Positions 9,596 through 19,783 of a stretch of DNA of 64,000 bases are shown here, in pieces. Under the pieces are notes generated by a model. It saw only the letters and a program-made list of their open reading frames with translations, was not told the DNA's origin and made no database searches. Positions within the stretch are counted from its first letter, which is position 1, and each line of letters starts with the position of its first letter. The translations under genes were made by a program, and so were the position numbers. The DNA lies in the IMG/VR virus record IMGVR_UViG_3300020473_000010, positions 62,001-126,000 of that record; one strand, 5' to 3'.

Positions 9596-9614
9596 ATCAT
9601 TAATTATTAACCGT

Positions 9615-9644
9615 AAACAAAAAACCCGCAGCAAAGCTGCGGGT
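9615..9644 (-). terminator. Rho-independent terminator
   Basis: ACCCGCAGC-TTT-GCTGCGGGT followed by TTTTTGTTT on minus strand. Confidence 0.9.
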
Positions 9645-9670
9645 ATAAAACACTAGGAAGGGAGGGTGTT

Positions 9671-9916
9671 TTAGTTTTCTGTATTATTAGTATTTTCTGT
9701 ATTATTAGTATTTTCTGTATTATTAGTATTTTCTGTATTGGTAACCGTATTAACTTTCGACGGTTCCGTGTTTGTTTTTGTCGTGTTGGTAGTTTCAGTA
9801 TTACTAGTTGTTGCAGTAGTTTCTACTGTATTTGTATTAGCGTTAGTATTTGCGGTGGTTTCTGCAGTGTTGTCTTCGCATGCTACCAAAGCTAAAAGCA
9901 TAATCATGATTCTCAT
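9671..9916 (-). CDS. Small lipoprotein with Thr/Asn-rich repeats
   Basis: MRIMIMLLALVAC lipobox; NTENTN repeats; GGAG RBS before 9916. Confidence 0.75.
   Translation of the reverse strand: MRIMIMLLALVACEDNTAETTANTNANTNTVETTATTSNTETTNTTKTNTEPSKVNTVTNTENTNNTENTNNTENTNNTEN
9675..9739. repeat. 18-bp coding tandem repeat x3.6
   Basis: ttttctgtattattagta repeated, encodes TNNTEN. Confidence 0.9.
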
Positions 9917-10026
9917 TGAAATCTCCTTTTGATTTTTGATTATAGTCAATATATTATGATAAATTTTATCAGTGTATAAGTTTTTTCCCAATAAATATTC
10001 TCCTAAATGGGAAAACCAAATTTATT

Positions 10027-10920
10027 TTATTCTACATGAGCAGTGCCAACAACCTCCCAAATCATATGTGATTGAAACCAGCCATTTAATTGGGGTGCTT
10101 CTCTTCTGTCGGTTTTATGCCTTGTTAAATGAACTGCAGCTAAAGACCAAGAAGGATAAGATTGAAAATATGAACCTGGAATATTCATATATCCTGAATC
10201 TTCTTCCATACAAGAGACAGACCCAAGTAATTGGGTTCCATCTGGAGAATATACTGCTATCAATATCTCGAATTGGCTGTTGGGAACAACTGGAGACCAA
10301 GTGAACGTAGTGTTTGATTTACTTATTACAGTATCGAAAGCATAAGATGGATCTACCCACAAAAGAGTATATGGTTCAATAGAATCAAAACCCTCGATTG
10401 TCGTAAAAGCATCTTCAATTACTCCATTTTCAGTAGAAACGCTATACGAAGTATTTCTTAGATATTGATATTCGTATAAATTTATATTCGCCCATATTCC
10501 TAAACCAGATGGTGTTAAAGAAATATCGTTAAAATAAGCCGGCTGTGTAGAAGGCAATGGTTGAGAACTTACATGGGTATTATACAAACTAGTAGTGCAT
10601 GTTCCGGTTGGAGTTAAATATTCTATATAATTTCCGCTAGTTGGATGATGAAGCTTAAGTTCAGCAGAAATATCAAATTCGCTTGATTCTCCAACACACG
10701 CAGGACATGCGATTTGGCGAAAATGGATTTCCCCAAATCCAATAGTTAAATCAGATATTTCTCCCGAAGGTTCTTCTGTTGATGGTTCGATACTTGGCTC
10801 TCCTGATTCTGATTGGTGGTCAAGAGCAGCTGTTTCATCCTGTTCTTCGTTTGGATGTTTCATAATAGAGACATCTGAAGAACATGAAAATAATAGCATT
10901 AGTAAAATATTTCGAAACAT
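10027..10920 (-). CDS. Lipoprotein of unknown function
   Basis: MFRNILLMLLFSC lipobox; acidic EPS linker; CPAC motif. Confidence 0.75.
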   Translation of the reverse strand: MFRNILLMLLFSCSSDVSIMKHPNEEQDETAALDHQSESGEPSIEPSTEEPSGEISDLTIGFGEIHFRQIACPACVGESSEFDISAELKLHHPTSGNYIEYLTPTGTCTTSLYNTHVSSQPLPSTQPAYFNDISLTPSGLGIWANINLYEYQYLRNTSYSVSTENGVIEDAFTTIEGFDSIEPYTLLWVDPSYAFDTVISKSNTTFTWSPVVPNSQFEILIAVYSPDGTQLLGSVSCMEEDSGYMNIPGSYFQSYPSWSLAAVHLTRHKTDRREAPQLNGWFQSHMIWEVVGTAHVE

Positions 10921-10936
10921 AGTTTCCCCTATAACA

Positions 10937-11926
10937 TTATTCTAATTTTTGTATAAGACCAGAATTTTCCCAAGAATATGGATCTTCTGTCCAAATTAGT
11001 ATACCATCATTTGATAATTCTGTAAGTGAAATAATTGCTGCAGTACCTAAAACAACAACAGCTTTTTGGATTTCTTCTTCACTAAATGTTGTTTGCGTAT
11101 TTTCGCACTGAGACTTACAAATCCAATCAGTGGGGTTTTCAAAGTCGCAATGATCAGCATCGATAATCTTTATTGCTTGATATGAATTCATCATTGAAAA
11201 TAGATTAAGTCCATTGTTTACTGCGTTACAAGTAGAAGGCTCTCCAAAAATGGAAAAAGCAGGACAGGTAATATTACTGGCATAATTTTGACCAATTAAA
11301 TCCGGGACTCCTGGAATATCTTGGGTATCAGTTGCATCTAATCCCAATACACCAATGGCGTTGTCATCTAAAGAAGCTGCAATAATAGCTGCAAGACCAC
11401 CTGCTGAATGTCCTGCATAAACAACTTCTGTTGCATTGTAGAAACTTGCTAGTTCTACCATGTTTTGTCCATTCATTTCATGATCGACCCCTGTAAAAAC
11501 ATTATAATGGCAGAGGGTTGGTAATAAAACTTTTACTCCCCAAGACGACAAATGCTCTGCCCACCCGGCCATAACGTCAGGCCCTCTAGCGAATCCATGG
11601 CCTAGGACAACCATGGGAGGATTGTCGGCATATGGGGTGTAAACATCGTATTGCATATTTGCGCAATTTGTAACGTTTATACTGTGTGTCTCTAAAGTGA
11701 TTCCATATGGATAATGAGGACCATAAACAGAAAAATCAGGAAGTAAGTTTTCTTCAGTTTCTTGTTCGGTTATTCCTGTTTCTTCTTGTATCGATCCATT
11801 ATCTTCCGAAGGCTCCTGTAAAGTATCGTAAGTATCATATGTCTCCTTTTCTGTGGCTATTCCTATATTTGCGTCACATGCTATAATGTTACACAAGCTT
11901 AAACCAAGTAAAATCTTAAAATTCAT
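10937..11926 (-). CDS. Secreted alpha/beta hydrolase (chlorophyllase/cutinase-like lipoprotein)
   Basis: Lipobox IIAC, HGF, GHSAGG nucleophile elbow, HCDF. Confidence 0.8.
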   Translation of the reverse strand: MNFKILLGLSLCNIIACDANIGIATEKETYDTYDTLQEPSEDNGSIQEETGITEQETEENLLPDFSVYGPHYPYGITLETHSINVTNCANMQYDVYTPYADNPPMVVLGHGFARGPDVMAGWAEHLSSWGVKVLLPTLCHYNVFTGVDHEMNGQNMVELASFYNATEVVYAGHSAGGLAAIIAASLDDNAIGVLGLDATDTQDIPGVPDLIGQNYASNITCPAFSIFGEPSTCNAVNNGLNLFSMMNSYQAIKIIDADHCDFENPTDWICKSQCENTQTTFSEEEIQKAVVVLGTAAIISLTELSNDGILIWTEDPYSWENSGLIQKLE

Positions 11927-11927
11927 T

Positions 11928-12461
11928 TTATATTTCTCCTTTTGCAGATAATAATACAGGGCATGGGAAACTCAGCGCCATTTCAATTACTAGGCAACCC
12001 GCGCCGGAACATGAATCTATAGTAACATCAAAATCTAAAACCATTGAAGAATTAGTAGTATATTTACCGTTCATAATAGTATTGATTAATAATTTTGCCG
12101 AGCCTCCTAAAGCAGATTCTTCTGCTGAAACAGCATTACATGTAAAATATCCGGATTGATTAATTTCACAGCTGGTATCCTCTGTTTTAAAAGATGATAT
12201 ATTGGATTCTACAATTGTAAAAGTTGGCGGGATCATTTCTGCAACATTTTGATAATTGTTTATTGAGCATGTGTCGTTAACTGAAGATACCTCAGAAACA
12301 TTCCATGTTCCTGTTTCGGCAATTATTGGAGGTTCTGAAGTATCTCTTCCGGAATCCATGGATTCATAAGGCTGAAAAAAATTATCATCCGTATTAGAGG
12401 AATTATTTAAGTTACAAGAAAATATAGTTCCAATAAAAAATGGGATTAACAAACTTTTCAT
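11928..12461 (-). CDS. Lipoprotein of unknown function
   Basis: MKSLLIPFFIGTIFSC from likely start 12461; several Cys pairs. Confidence 0.7.
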   Translation of the reverse strand: MKSLLIPFFIGTIFSCNLNNSSNTDDNFFQPYESMDSGRDTSEPPIIAETGTWNVSEVSSVNDTCSINNYQNVAEMIPPTFTIVESNISSFKTEDTSCEINQSGYFTCNAVSAEESALGGSAKLLINTIMNGKYTTNSSMVLDFDVTIDSCSGAGCLVIEMALSFPCPVLLSAKGEI

Positions 12462-13390
12462 ATTGCACCTGCGGCATCTAAGCCGGCTAATACACCATCG
12501 ATGGCCCAAAATGCAGTATAGATTTCTGAGTTAGCAATCCATGACCAACCAATCTCAAGATACCATCGATTGTTCCAACTTTTTGCACGAATAGTTTGAT
12601 ATGATAAAGTGACGGTCGTATCCTGACCAAACGCACCGTCTACCCAATCACCGAAGAAAAAGCCGTTTAGTAAAGCTTCTGCATCTGTATCATAGTAATT
12701 CCTCAGATCTTCGAGAAAGTCTGGTGTGATTTCGATCATCAGCTCGCCAAGAACAAAGTAGTCATCCTTATGGTCTTCAGTAGTCTCGATTGCCACAAGC
12801 GAATGTGGCAAGTCTAAGGTTAAATGTGCAACCATGGCTATAACAACTGCCCTAGTTCTAGAAACTTCTGGATGGTCAGCTAAATAATAATATTGGTTCC
12901 AAGCATAGGATGGTTCTTCACCAAGCAATGCTAATTGGAGATTTTCCATATAACGTGATGCAAAGTCTACAACAATCTTCCGTCCCCATTCTTGATCTTC
13001 GATCTCTTCATTTTCTATTGCTTCAATAATCCTGTTGGTAATATGTCGATATGTAGTCGGGAACATTCCCCATGGGTCGCCACATTCTTCGAAAATAGAA
13101 GCAATTTTGTCTATTCGGTCATATATTGTATAAATCGTTTCTGAATCGGAAAGAGAAGTTAAAACAATTATATCTTCAGCTGATTCAGCAGAAATGATTT
13201 CTCCATTGCAAAAGTTATTAATTAAACCAGAATTGGATTCAAAACCATTATATTGCTGTGGTTCTATTTGAGTTTCAACTAATATGTCTTCTTGTACCTT
13301 GTCTTGTACCTTATCTTGTACCTTATCATAGGCCTCGGGTTCACACCCCAATAGAAGTCCAAATATTCCTATAATATGTAGAATTTTCAT
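12458..13390 (-). CDS. Lipoprotein, DUF5995-like
   Basis: LLLGC lipobox; FPTTYRHIT, FASRY, AHLTLDLP. Confidence 0.65.
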   Translation of the reverse strand: MKILHIIGIFGLLLGCEPEAYDKVQDKVQDKVQEDILVETQIEPQQYNGFESNSGLINNFCNGEIISAESAEDIIVLTSLSDSETIYTIYDRIDKIASIFEECGDPWGMFPTTYRHITNRIIEAIENEEIEDQEWGRKIVVDFASRYMENLQLALLGEEPSYAWNQYYYLADHPEVSRTRAVVIAMVAHLTLDLPHSLVAIETTEDHKDDYFVLGELMIEITPDFLEDLRNYYDTDAEALLNGFFFGDWVDGAFGQDTTVTLSYQTIRAKSWNNRWYLEIGWSWIANSEIYTAFWAIDGVLAGLDAAGAI

Positions 13391-14115
13391 TATTGATAAC
13401 CCACCATGTCGAATGTTATTTTAAGAGGCTCAGCATTTCGTACTGCACCGAAGAATGCGCTGTATGGTTCAATCCCAAAATCACTATGGGTAAAGTCTAC
13501 AACACTAGACATATAAAAAGCATGCGATTGAGCTGTAAAATCAATATCGATATCCCAGGTTTTAACTTCATTTCGTATAGCCATATCTCCTGTCACTCTC
13601 AACGTGTTTACATTTAACAATTGACATTCTGAACTTACAAATGAGATGGTTGGATTTTGAGATGCATTTAATTGATTATCTGCTAACATATGTTCTCGAA
13701 TGGTTTCTCTGTCCGATTGAGAAATAGTGTCTCCATAACCCACTAACTCCCTCATAGCATCTTCGTCGACTTCTAAATCTCGCACCGGTAATGAAAACTG
13801 CATCGCACACTCGCTTATATCTGAAGGGTTGTATGAAACAATCCCATTCCAATTAGTTGCTCTCATCACATGGTCATGAGCTAACCCAGAAGCTGCAGCA
13901 TCAGGATCTTTATAAACCTGAATGTATAAAAGACTATCATTATCATCAAAAATATAATTTGCTGTGATGGGTTCTTCTACCGTTTCTTCAGTGGCCGTAT
14001 CATCAATTATATTGTCGCTTGGTACTGGAATATCATTTTCACTTGAGTCAGAAAGCTGATTATTTAAATTAGGGTCAGTACAAGAAAACAAAAGCGGAAA
14101 AATAAAATATTTCAT
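13390..14115 (-). CDS. YceI-like lipid-binding lipoprotein
   Basis: MKYFIFPLLFSC (start 14115); HDHV, LPVRDL, PTISFVS, VTGDMAIR, DFGI, ITFDM. Confidence 0.8.
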   Translation of the reverse strand: MKYFIFPLLFSCTDPNLNNQLSDSSENDIPVPSDNIIDDTATEETVEEPITANYIFDDNDSLLYIQVYKDPDAAASGLAHDHVMRATNWNGIVSYNPSDISECAMQFSLPVRDLEVDEDAMRELVGYGDTISQSDRETIREHMLADNQLNASQNPTISFVSSECQLLNVNTLRVTGDMAIRNEVKTWDIDIDFTAQSHAFYMSSVVDFTHSDFGIEPYSAFFGAVRNAEPLKITFDMVGYQ

Positions 14116-14438
14116 TTTAATCCTCCCGGCATGCAAGAAGCAAGAACATTCTTGTTGTCGACCCAATGGTAAACTTCATGATCGTTAATTCTAGGCTTAT
14201 TATAGCATACTGATTCATAAGGAAACCCATGAGTATCAAGCCATGTCTCAGTGATCTCTGCGTGTTCCGATGTCCGCGAAGTAAAAAAAGTTATCCTATC
14301 TCCTCTTTTATAAAGATATTTAATTCTTTCTAAAGCTCCTTCTAGAGGTTTTGCCGTTGCAAATCTCCAGGATTGCTCGTTAGGTATATCTTCACATATT
14401 GTTCCATCAATATCTAATAGCCAAATTGTTGGATGCAT
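14112..14438 (-). CDS. Short HAD phosphatase
   Basis: LDIDGTIC, FFTSR, KP, WVDNK. Confidence 0.75.
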   Translation of the reverse strand: MHPTIWLLDIDGTICEDIPNEQSWRFATAKPLEGALERIKYLYKRGDRITFFTSRTSEHAEITETWLDTHGFPYESVCYNKPRINDHEVYHWVDNKNVLASCMPGGLK

Positions 14439-14487
14439 TTATCCCCCCTGTGTTGTTAGTAATGTGATTAAAGTTTTAAAGTTTAAG

Positions 14488-15660
14488 TTATTTTCTTCGC
14501 ACAAAAACTAATAAGCCAATAAACACACCTAAAATATACGACCAAGAGTTGGGTTTTACAGTCACAGTTTGGCAACTTTTCACTGGGATTGATTCGGATG
14601 AATCTTCTTCAAGCTGAGGCATATTTTCATGTTGGTTTCCGGTATCAACCTCAGGTTGAGGCTCGTCTTCAGGTTGAGAGATCTCTTCTTCCTCCTCGCT
14701 TGGTTCTGGAATTTGTTCTTCTTCTTCAGGTGGCTCCCAGAATGGAGCAGAAATTTCAATATTTTCAAGGCTAACCCCCATTGTATAAGGCGTAACTTGA
14801 GTCATTCCATTATCAAATGATCCTAATACGTTAATTTGATCAATAATAAACGTTTGTCCTTCCTCAACTTGCACAGGAAGGAAATATTCATGATATGCCT
14901 GGTATTGTTCTCTGGCCTCTAAATTTAAATACATATCCCAAGCCATTGTATCTGCGGTACCTGTTGTCTCTACATCCCATTCGTATAGCATAACCTGGTA
15001 TTGTGTTTGAACGCGATAATCTGAATTAACATATCCTTTCACTTGTATATCGCCGGCTGCTTTAATATCTCCTTCTACATTTTCGGTATATTCTCCATGA
15101 GCCATCGCAGATCCTTCAGCGCCTGCTTCCCCATTTGCGCTGGCGCCGAGGCCATAACTATTGGTGAAAACAATCTCTCCATAGGCATCAATGCCATAAT
15201 CATCAAAGGGGACTGCCCAGTCCCACCTGAACGCCCCGCTGAAGTCTGGGCCAGTAGAATTACCACATGCAAAACAAAGCGCCTCTACTGATAAAACTGG
15301 AGATGATCCATAGTTTGTCCAGTCTTCTACCCATAGCTCTCTTCCTGGATTAGACCTTGCTTTTATGATAGCAACATAGAAATCTGATCCTCTATCAATC
15401 GATGATTCAAACCAGAAAAATTCAATAATAGCATCAACCATGTTTCCGTAATCATCTTCATTTCCAACATAAAGAGTGTTTCCGGAAAAGTAAGCATAAG
15501 CATTATTGTTTTCAGGGTTAAGAGGAGTTGCAAAATCAAATACTAAATCCGTGTTTCCTTCTAGCATTGTTGCACCAATATAAGAAGTTTGAGATTCGGA
15601 TAGATCTTCACCATAGGCGTTTCCTATAAGACATAAACCCAACAATAAACTTAACATCAT
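14488..15660 (-). CDS. Exported protein with MYXO-CTERM-like C-terminal anchor
   Basis: Signal peptide from 15660; acidic PEPSEE linker; KSCQT...TM helix...VRRK. Confidence 0.7.
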   Translation of the reverse strand: MMLSLLLGLCLIGNAYGEDLSESQTSYIGATMLEGNTDLVFDFATPLNPENNNAYAYFSGNTLYVGNEDDYGNMVDAIIEFFWFESSIDRGSDFYVAIIKARSNPGRELWVEDWTNYGSSPVLSVEALCFACGNSTGPDFSGAFRWDWAVPFDDYGIDAYGEIVFTNSYGLGASANGEAGAEGSAMAHGEYTENVEGDIKAAGDIQVKGYVNSDYRVQTQYQVMLYEWDVETTGTADTMAWDMYLNLEAREQYQAYHEYFLPVQVEEGQTFIIDQINVLGSFDNGMTQVTPYTMGVSLENIEISAPFWEPPEEEEQIPEPSEEEEEISQPEDEPQPEVDTGNQHENMPQLEEDSSESIPVKSCQTVTVKPNSWSYILGVFIGLLVFVRRK

Positions 15661-15839
15661 TTTATTCTCCTTAACCACATTGCTGTTAATGGAATTACTA
15701 ACAATAACGGACTATAAACCCCGAATGTTGTACAGCTGATTCCCCCAGTTTCTCCTGCTAATTCTGCTGCTGATATAATTTCTTGCTGGCATTCTTCAGA
15801 TGAAGTATCTTGAATTTCTGCAGTATCTCCTGTATCCAT
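15657..15839 (-). CDS. Small protein consisting mainly of a MYXO-CTERM-like tail
   Basis: MDTGDT...GGISCTT...LLLVIPLTAMWLRRIK; GGAG RBS. Confidence 0.6.
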   Translation of the reverse strand: MDTGDTAEIQDTSSEECQQEIISAAELAGETGGISCTTFGVYSPLLLVIPLTAMWLRRIK

Positions 15840-15856
15840 GTTTTTCTCCTGTTTAA

Positions 15857-15933
<77 letters not shown>

Positions 15934-15939
15934 CTAATA

Positions 15940-16749
15940 TTATTTGTTTTTTAATTCTGCAATTTGTCTTTTTAAATCATTGATTAAAGCAGTTGTTGTA
16001 TCTACATTATTATGATACCAAATATTGACATTGAAAGCAATACAAATTCGATCTCCATCCCCTTTAAACGGATCAACCCCATGAGGGGTATCTTTTGGGA
16101 ATAAGATTAGTTGACCGGGTTTTGGCCTAATTTGGATAACACTAGGGGGATGGAAAGAATTTGGCTGCTGTGTGGCTGTTGGTGGGCCGGCCCATAATTT
16201 GATTTGTCCACGAGAGTTTTGAGATGATGTTCTGTCTTCTTCGACATCTAGTATTTGGGGTGGAGATTTTATATAAACAACCCCGGATAATCCACATGGT
16301 GAAATAGTACTATGGTCGTGCACGGGATTATAGTCATCAGCTAACTGTTTTACAATCCACATATCGTTAATATCTACAGTTCCTTCAAATTTAACTGATC
16401 CACCCCAAACTGATAATAAATATTTATTGACGTATGCTGTAGATAAATGATGAATTACATCTTTTAGGTATAGAAATGGTTTTGTATATTGCCTTGGAAG
16501 AACGCCAACCTGCAATCCATAATCAATCTTTGCTGCTAAATTTTCAGTATAATCAATCGAAGCTGGATCGTTTAAGATTTCATAGACGTCTGGAAGTATT
16601 AAATTTACCCAATCTTCTCCTAAGTCAGCTCCGAACATAAATCGTGATGGGAAATTGTGGATATTTACTCCATTATTAGCTAGCTGTTGATCAAATTCTC
16701 TAACTTGGTCTTCACGTGATTTTCCATTATCTTCGATATTTTCACTCAT
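15940..16749 (-). CDS. Putative 2OG-Fe(II) oxygenase
   Basis: YNPVHDH, LSGVVYI, LILFP, HGVDP, RICIAFN. Confidence 0.8.
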   Translation of the reverse strand: MSENIEDNGKSREDQVREFDQQLANNGVNIHNFPSRFMFGADLGEDWVNLILPDVYEILNDPASIDYTENLAAKIDYGLQVGVLPRQYTKPFLYLKDVIHHLSTAYVNKYLLSVWGGSVKFEGTVDINDMWIVKQLADDYNPVHDHSTISPCGLSGVVYIKSPPQILDVEEDRTSSQNSRGQIKLWAGPPTATQQPNSFHPPSVIQIRPKPGQLILFPKDTPHGVDPFKGDGDRICIAFNVNIWYHNNVDTTTALINDLKRQIAELKNK

Positions 16750-16752
16750 CTT

Positions 16753-16899
16753 TTATTCCTTTTCTTGTATAATTTCTTTTATCTTTTTATATGTAAAAAA
16801 TCCACCTTTAACAATTAAATAAGCTGTTAAATAAACCATAGTGAACAATAACATTGTAGCAAAAATGGAAAAAACTATTGCGCCTATTGGTTCCCACAT
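16753..16899 (-). CDS. Small membrane protein
   Basis: Likely start ATG 16899 (MWEPIG...), one TM helix. Confidence 0.55.
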   Translation of the reverse strand: MWEPIGAIVFSIFATMLLFTMVYLTAYLIVKGGFFTYKKIKEIIQEKE

Positions 16900-16901
16900 T
16901 G

Positions 16902-17045
16902 TCACTGGTTTCTCCATGGATAACACCATGCAGCTAGCCCTCCACAGAGTAAGGCCCATAAATAATTGCCGGTAGAAATACTAGAAATACAAAAAAACAA
17001 ATTAAGAAAAAAGCAGCCCAGTGATATAAGTCTATTTTTGTCCAT
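16902..17045 (-). CDS. Small membrane protein (47 aa, below track cutoff)
   Basis: MDKNRLISLGCFFLNLFFCISSISTGNYLWALLCGGLAAWCYPWRNQ fills the gap after ahcY. Confidence 0.55.
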   Translation of the reverse strand: MDKNRLISLGCFFLNLFFCISSISTGNYLWALLCGGLAAWCYPWRNQ

Positions 17046-17046
17046 T

Positions 17047-18399
17047 TTAATACCTGTATTCATTTGATTTATAAGGTCCACATAAAGAAACGCCTATATA
17101 TTCAGCTTGTTCTTCAGTTAGTTTTTCCAATGTTGCTCCCACATGAGGAAGATGTAAATGTGCCACTTCTTCGTCTAATATTTTAGGCAAAGTATATACT
17201 TTTTGCTCATAATTTTGTGCATTATTAAACAATTCAATTTGAGCAAGTACCTGATTTGTGAAAGAGCAAGACATAACAAAACTTGGATGCCCTGTTGCAC
17301 ATCCTAAATTGACTAGTCGGCCTTCTGCTAGCAAAATTATTTGTTTTGTAGGTCCAGGAGAATCTGGTAATCCAGATGGCATGTAATATACATCAACCTG
17401 TGGTTTAATATTTTCTTTTACGAAATTTTCTTCAAGCCATGCAACATCAATTTCGTTATCAAAATGTCCAATATTGCAAACGATTGTATTATTTCTCATT
17501 TTTAGAAAATTATCTGCCGTAACAACACTTTTATTTCCTGTGGCAGTTACAACAATATTAGCTTCTTTTATCGCTTCTTCCATGGGTTTTACTTGGTATC
17601 CATCCATTACAGCTTGTAGAGCACAAATTGGATCAATTTCTGTAATTATTACTCTACAACCAGCAGCGGACAAAGAAGCTGCTGATCCTTTTCCTACATC
17701 GCCATATCCTGCTACTACTGCTACTTTTCCAGCCATCATAATATCTGTTGCTCTTCGAATTGCATCAACACAAGATTCCTTGCATCCGTACTTATTGTCA
17801 AATTTACTTTTAGTAACAGAGTCATTGATGTTAATAGCTGGAACAGGGAGTATGTTGTCGTTTTCATATTCTTTTAATCTTAGAACTCCTGTTGTAGTTT
17901 CTTCTGAAATTCCTTTAATATCTTTATAAAGATCCGGGTATTGTTCTAAAACATATTTTGTAAGATCTCCGCCATCGTCCAGAATCATGTTAGGACCTAA
18001 CCCTTCAGCAAACCATAGCACATAGTCTAAACAATCGTTATATTCAAGTTCTGACATTCCTTTCCATGCAAATACAGGGATTCCTTGATCAGCTATATAT
18101 GCTGCAGCGTGATCTTGGGTTGAAAAAATATTACATGTCATCCATCGTACTTCGGCGCCGAGTTCTACTAGCGTATCAATAAGAACCGCGGTTTGGATTG
18201 TCATGTGTAAACACCCAGCAATACGAGCCCCCTTTAGAGGTTTTTCATTGGTGTATTTTTTTCTAAGAGCCATTAATCCCGGCATTTCAGCTTCTGCTAA
18301 TTCAACTTCTTTCTTCCCCCATTTCCATAAATTTATATCCTTAATAATATAAGAAGGTGTTTGGCCGGTTTCGACCAATATTGTTTTTGATGAATTCAT
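17047..18399 (-). CDS. ahcY: S-adenosyl-L-homocysteine hydrolase
   Basis: [50 protein letters not shown]. Confidence 0.97.
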   Translation of the reverse strand: MNSSKTILVETGQTPSYIIKDINLWKWGKKEVELAEAEMPGLMALRKKYTNEKPLKGARIAGCLHMTIQTAVLIDTLVELGAEVRWMTCNIFSTQDHAAAYIADQGIPVFAWKGMSELEYNDCLDYVLWFAEGLGPNMILDDGGDLTKYVLEQYPDLYKDIKGISEETTTGVLRLKEYENDNILPVPAININDSVTKSKFDNKYGCKESCVDAIRRATDIMMAGKVAVVAGYGDVGKGSAASLSAAGCRVIITEIDPICALQAVMDGYQVKPMEEAIKEANIVVTATGNKSVVTADNFLKMRNNTIVCNIGHFDNEIDVAWLEENFVKENIKPQVDVYYMPSGLPDSPGPTKQIILLAEGRLVNLGCATGHPSFVMSCSFTNQVLAQIELFNNAQNYEQKVYTLPKILDEEVAHLHLPHVGATLEKLTEEQAEYIGVSLCGPYKSNEYRY

Positions 18400-18411
18400 A
18401 TTAACCTCGTT

Positions 18412-18678
18412 TTAGTTATCATATCCGTCGTCGCCGATAGCGTATACTGGACATTGATCAATTGCTTCGATACAATCTAAAAGTTCTTCTTCGTTTTCTG
18501 GCTGCTTATATACGTAATCATGACAACCGTCTTCGCTTTGTTCAAAATTATCCGGGGCTACTTGCGAACAAACATGACAAAAAATACATTCTTTATCGAC
18601 ATAAAACGAGTATTTCTGCCCATTATATTCTACTGTTCCTTCAATGTTGTCATGAAATTTTTCTTTGGGATCTGCCAT
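18412..18678 (-). CDS. Ferredoxin (single-cluster type)
   Basis: YVDKECIFCHVCSQVAP...CPVYAI; start 18678 overlaps upstream TAA. Confidence 0.9.
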   Translation of the reverse strand: MADPKEKFHDNIEGTVEYNGQKYSFYVDKECIFCHVCSQVAPDNFEQSEDGCHDYVYKQPENEEELLDCIEAIDQCPVYAIGDDGYDN

Positions 18679-19115
18679 TACCATTCTTCCTTTTGGCCGA
18701 CCCAATCTTGGAATTGGTCTTTTCCTCCTCTGATTCCCCAATCTGAATCTACTGTTAATTTTGAAGAAATTCCTCCTCGAGGATTACAAACCAAAACCAA
18801 TCGTAGCCTTGCAGGTTCATATGTAGCCATCATATCATCATAAATCACATTAATGATTCTTTCGTACGAAAATATTTGATTTCTGAAAGCAAAAAAATAT
18901 TCTTTTAAGGATTTTAATTCAACTACTTTTGCAGATGGATAAATTGTAATATATAAAATACCAAAATCAGGTTGGCCTCTTACTCCTTCAAAAGTAAGTT
19001 CTGGTATTTTCATTTTTATTTCATATGCTTCTTTCGACGGGTTTGGGATAGACTTTAATATGTGTCTATTTTTTGCCCAATTTCTTTTTCTTTTTTTGGC
19101 TGATGTTTCATTCAT
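18678..19115 (-). CDS. queF: QueF-like T-fold protein lacking the catalytic Cys
   Basis: GQPDF, VELKSLKEY, FRN, YE, NPRGGI; the FTSLCP segment reads LTFEGV; likely start 19115. Confidence 0.8.
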   Translation of the reverse strand: MNETSAKKRKRNWAKNRHILKSIPNPSKEAYEIKMKIPELTFEGVRGQPDFGILYITIYPSAKVVELKSLKEYFFAFRNQIFSYERIINVIYDDMMATYEPARLRLVLVCNPRGGISSKLTVDSDWGIRGGKDQFQDWVGQKEEW

Positions 19116-19377
19116 CGTGCCCCCAATTACAATCGCAAGGCGTGCATTCACACGCACTACAATAATCATTGTCTAGCATTAATTTCCCCTTTTGTGTTAG
19201 TGTAATATTAAACATTGGTGCTAATCGGCCGGTACCAATAACATAGTTAACCATTTGCTCAGATTTTAATTCTTCCAAAATAGTTATTATGTTTTCTCCA
19301 AAATCTATTATAAGAGATTTTTTTGATCGATCATGATTTAATAATGATTTTAAAATTCTTGATTTAAGACCATTCAT
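19108..19377 (-). CDS. Winged-helix-like protein with Cys-rich tail
   Basis: LTQKGK wing; CSACECTPCDC; likely start 19377. Confidence 0.55.
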   Translation of the reverse strand: MNGLKSRILKSLLNHDRSKKSLIIDFGENIITILEELKSEQMVNYVIGTGRLAPMFNITLTQKGKLMLDNDYCSACECTPCDCNWGHDE

Positions 19378-19757
19378 ACACCCAAATCCTCCATCATTGA
19401 ACACAAGCAATTAATACAATAAATGTGGTCAGAAGGAATAGATAAAATCTTTGAATTTTCTAAATGAAAATTTGTTTCACAAGAGACGCAAGATGCTAAC
19501 CCATTAAACAAATCTAAAGTAGATATAAGTTTAATAGCATCTAGATCTCGAGATTTCTGCAATTTATATTCATCGTTTAAATTGCATTTAATTTTTGATA
19601 AATGTCCTGAAAGATTTCTCCGCCATCTGATTTCGTCTTTATTGTTATCCATACTATCAGGTCCCCATATGGATACTATTAATTTCCTAATTGAAACCCA
19701 GTTTCCTGATTCACTTTTAAGAATATTAAATATTTCTTTTGTTTTTCCAGATAGCAT
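19374..19757 (-). CDS. Winged-helix DNA-binding protein with C-terminal Zn finger
   Basis: IFNILKSESGNWVSIRKLIVSIWG (OmpR-like), CVSC...CINC. Confidence 0.6.
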   Translation of the reverse strand: MLSGKTKEIFNILKSESGNWVSIRKLIVSIWGPDSMDNNKDEIRWRRNLSGHLSKIKCNLNDEYKLQKSRDLDAIKLISTLDLFNGLASCVSCETNFHLENSKILSIPSDHIYCINCLCSMMEDLGV

Positions 19758-19783
19758 TTTAACCTCCAGCTTATTATATTCAT

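Noticed and set aside
13290-13327. 12-bp triple repeat (DKVQ x3)
   Set aside because: Ordinary low-complexity linker in a lipoprotein
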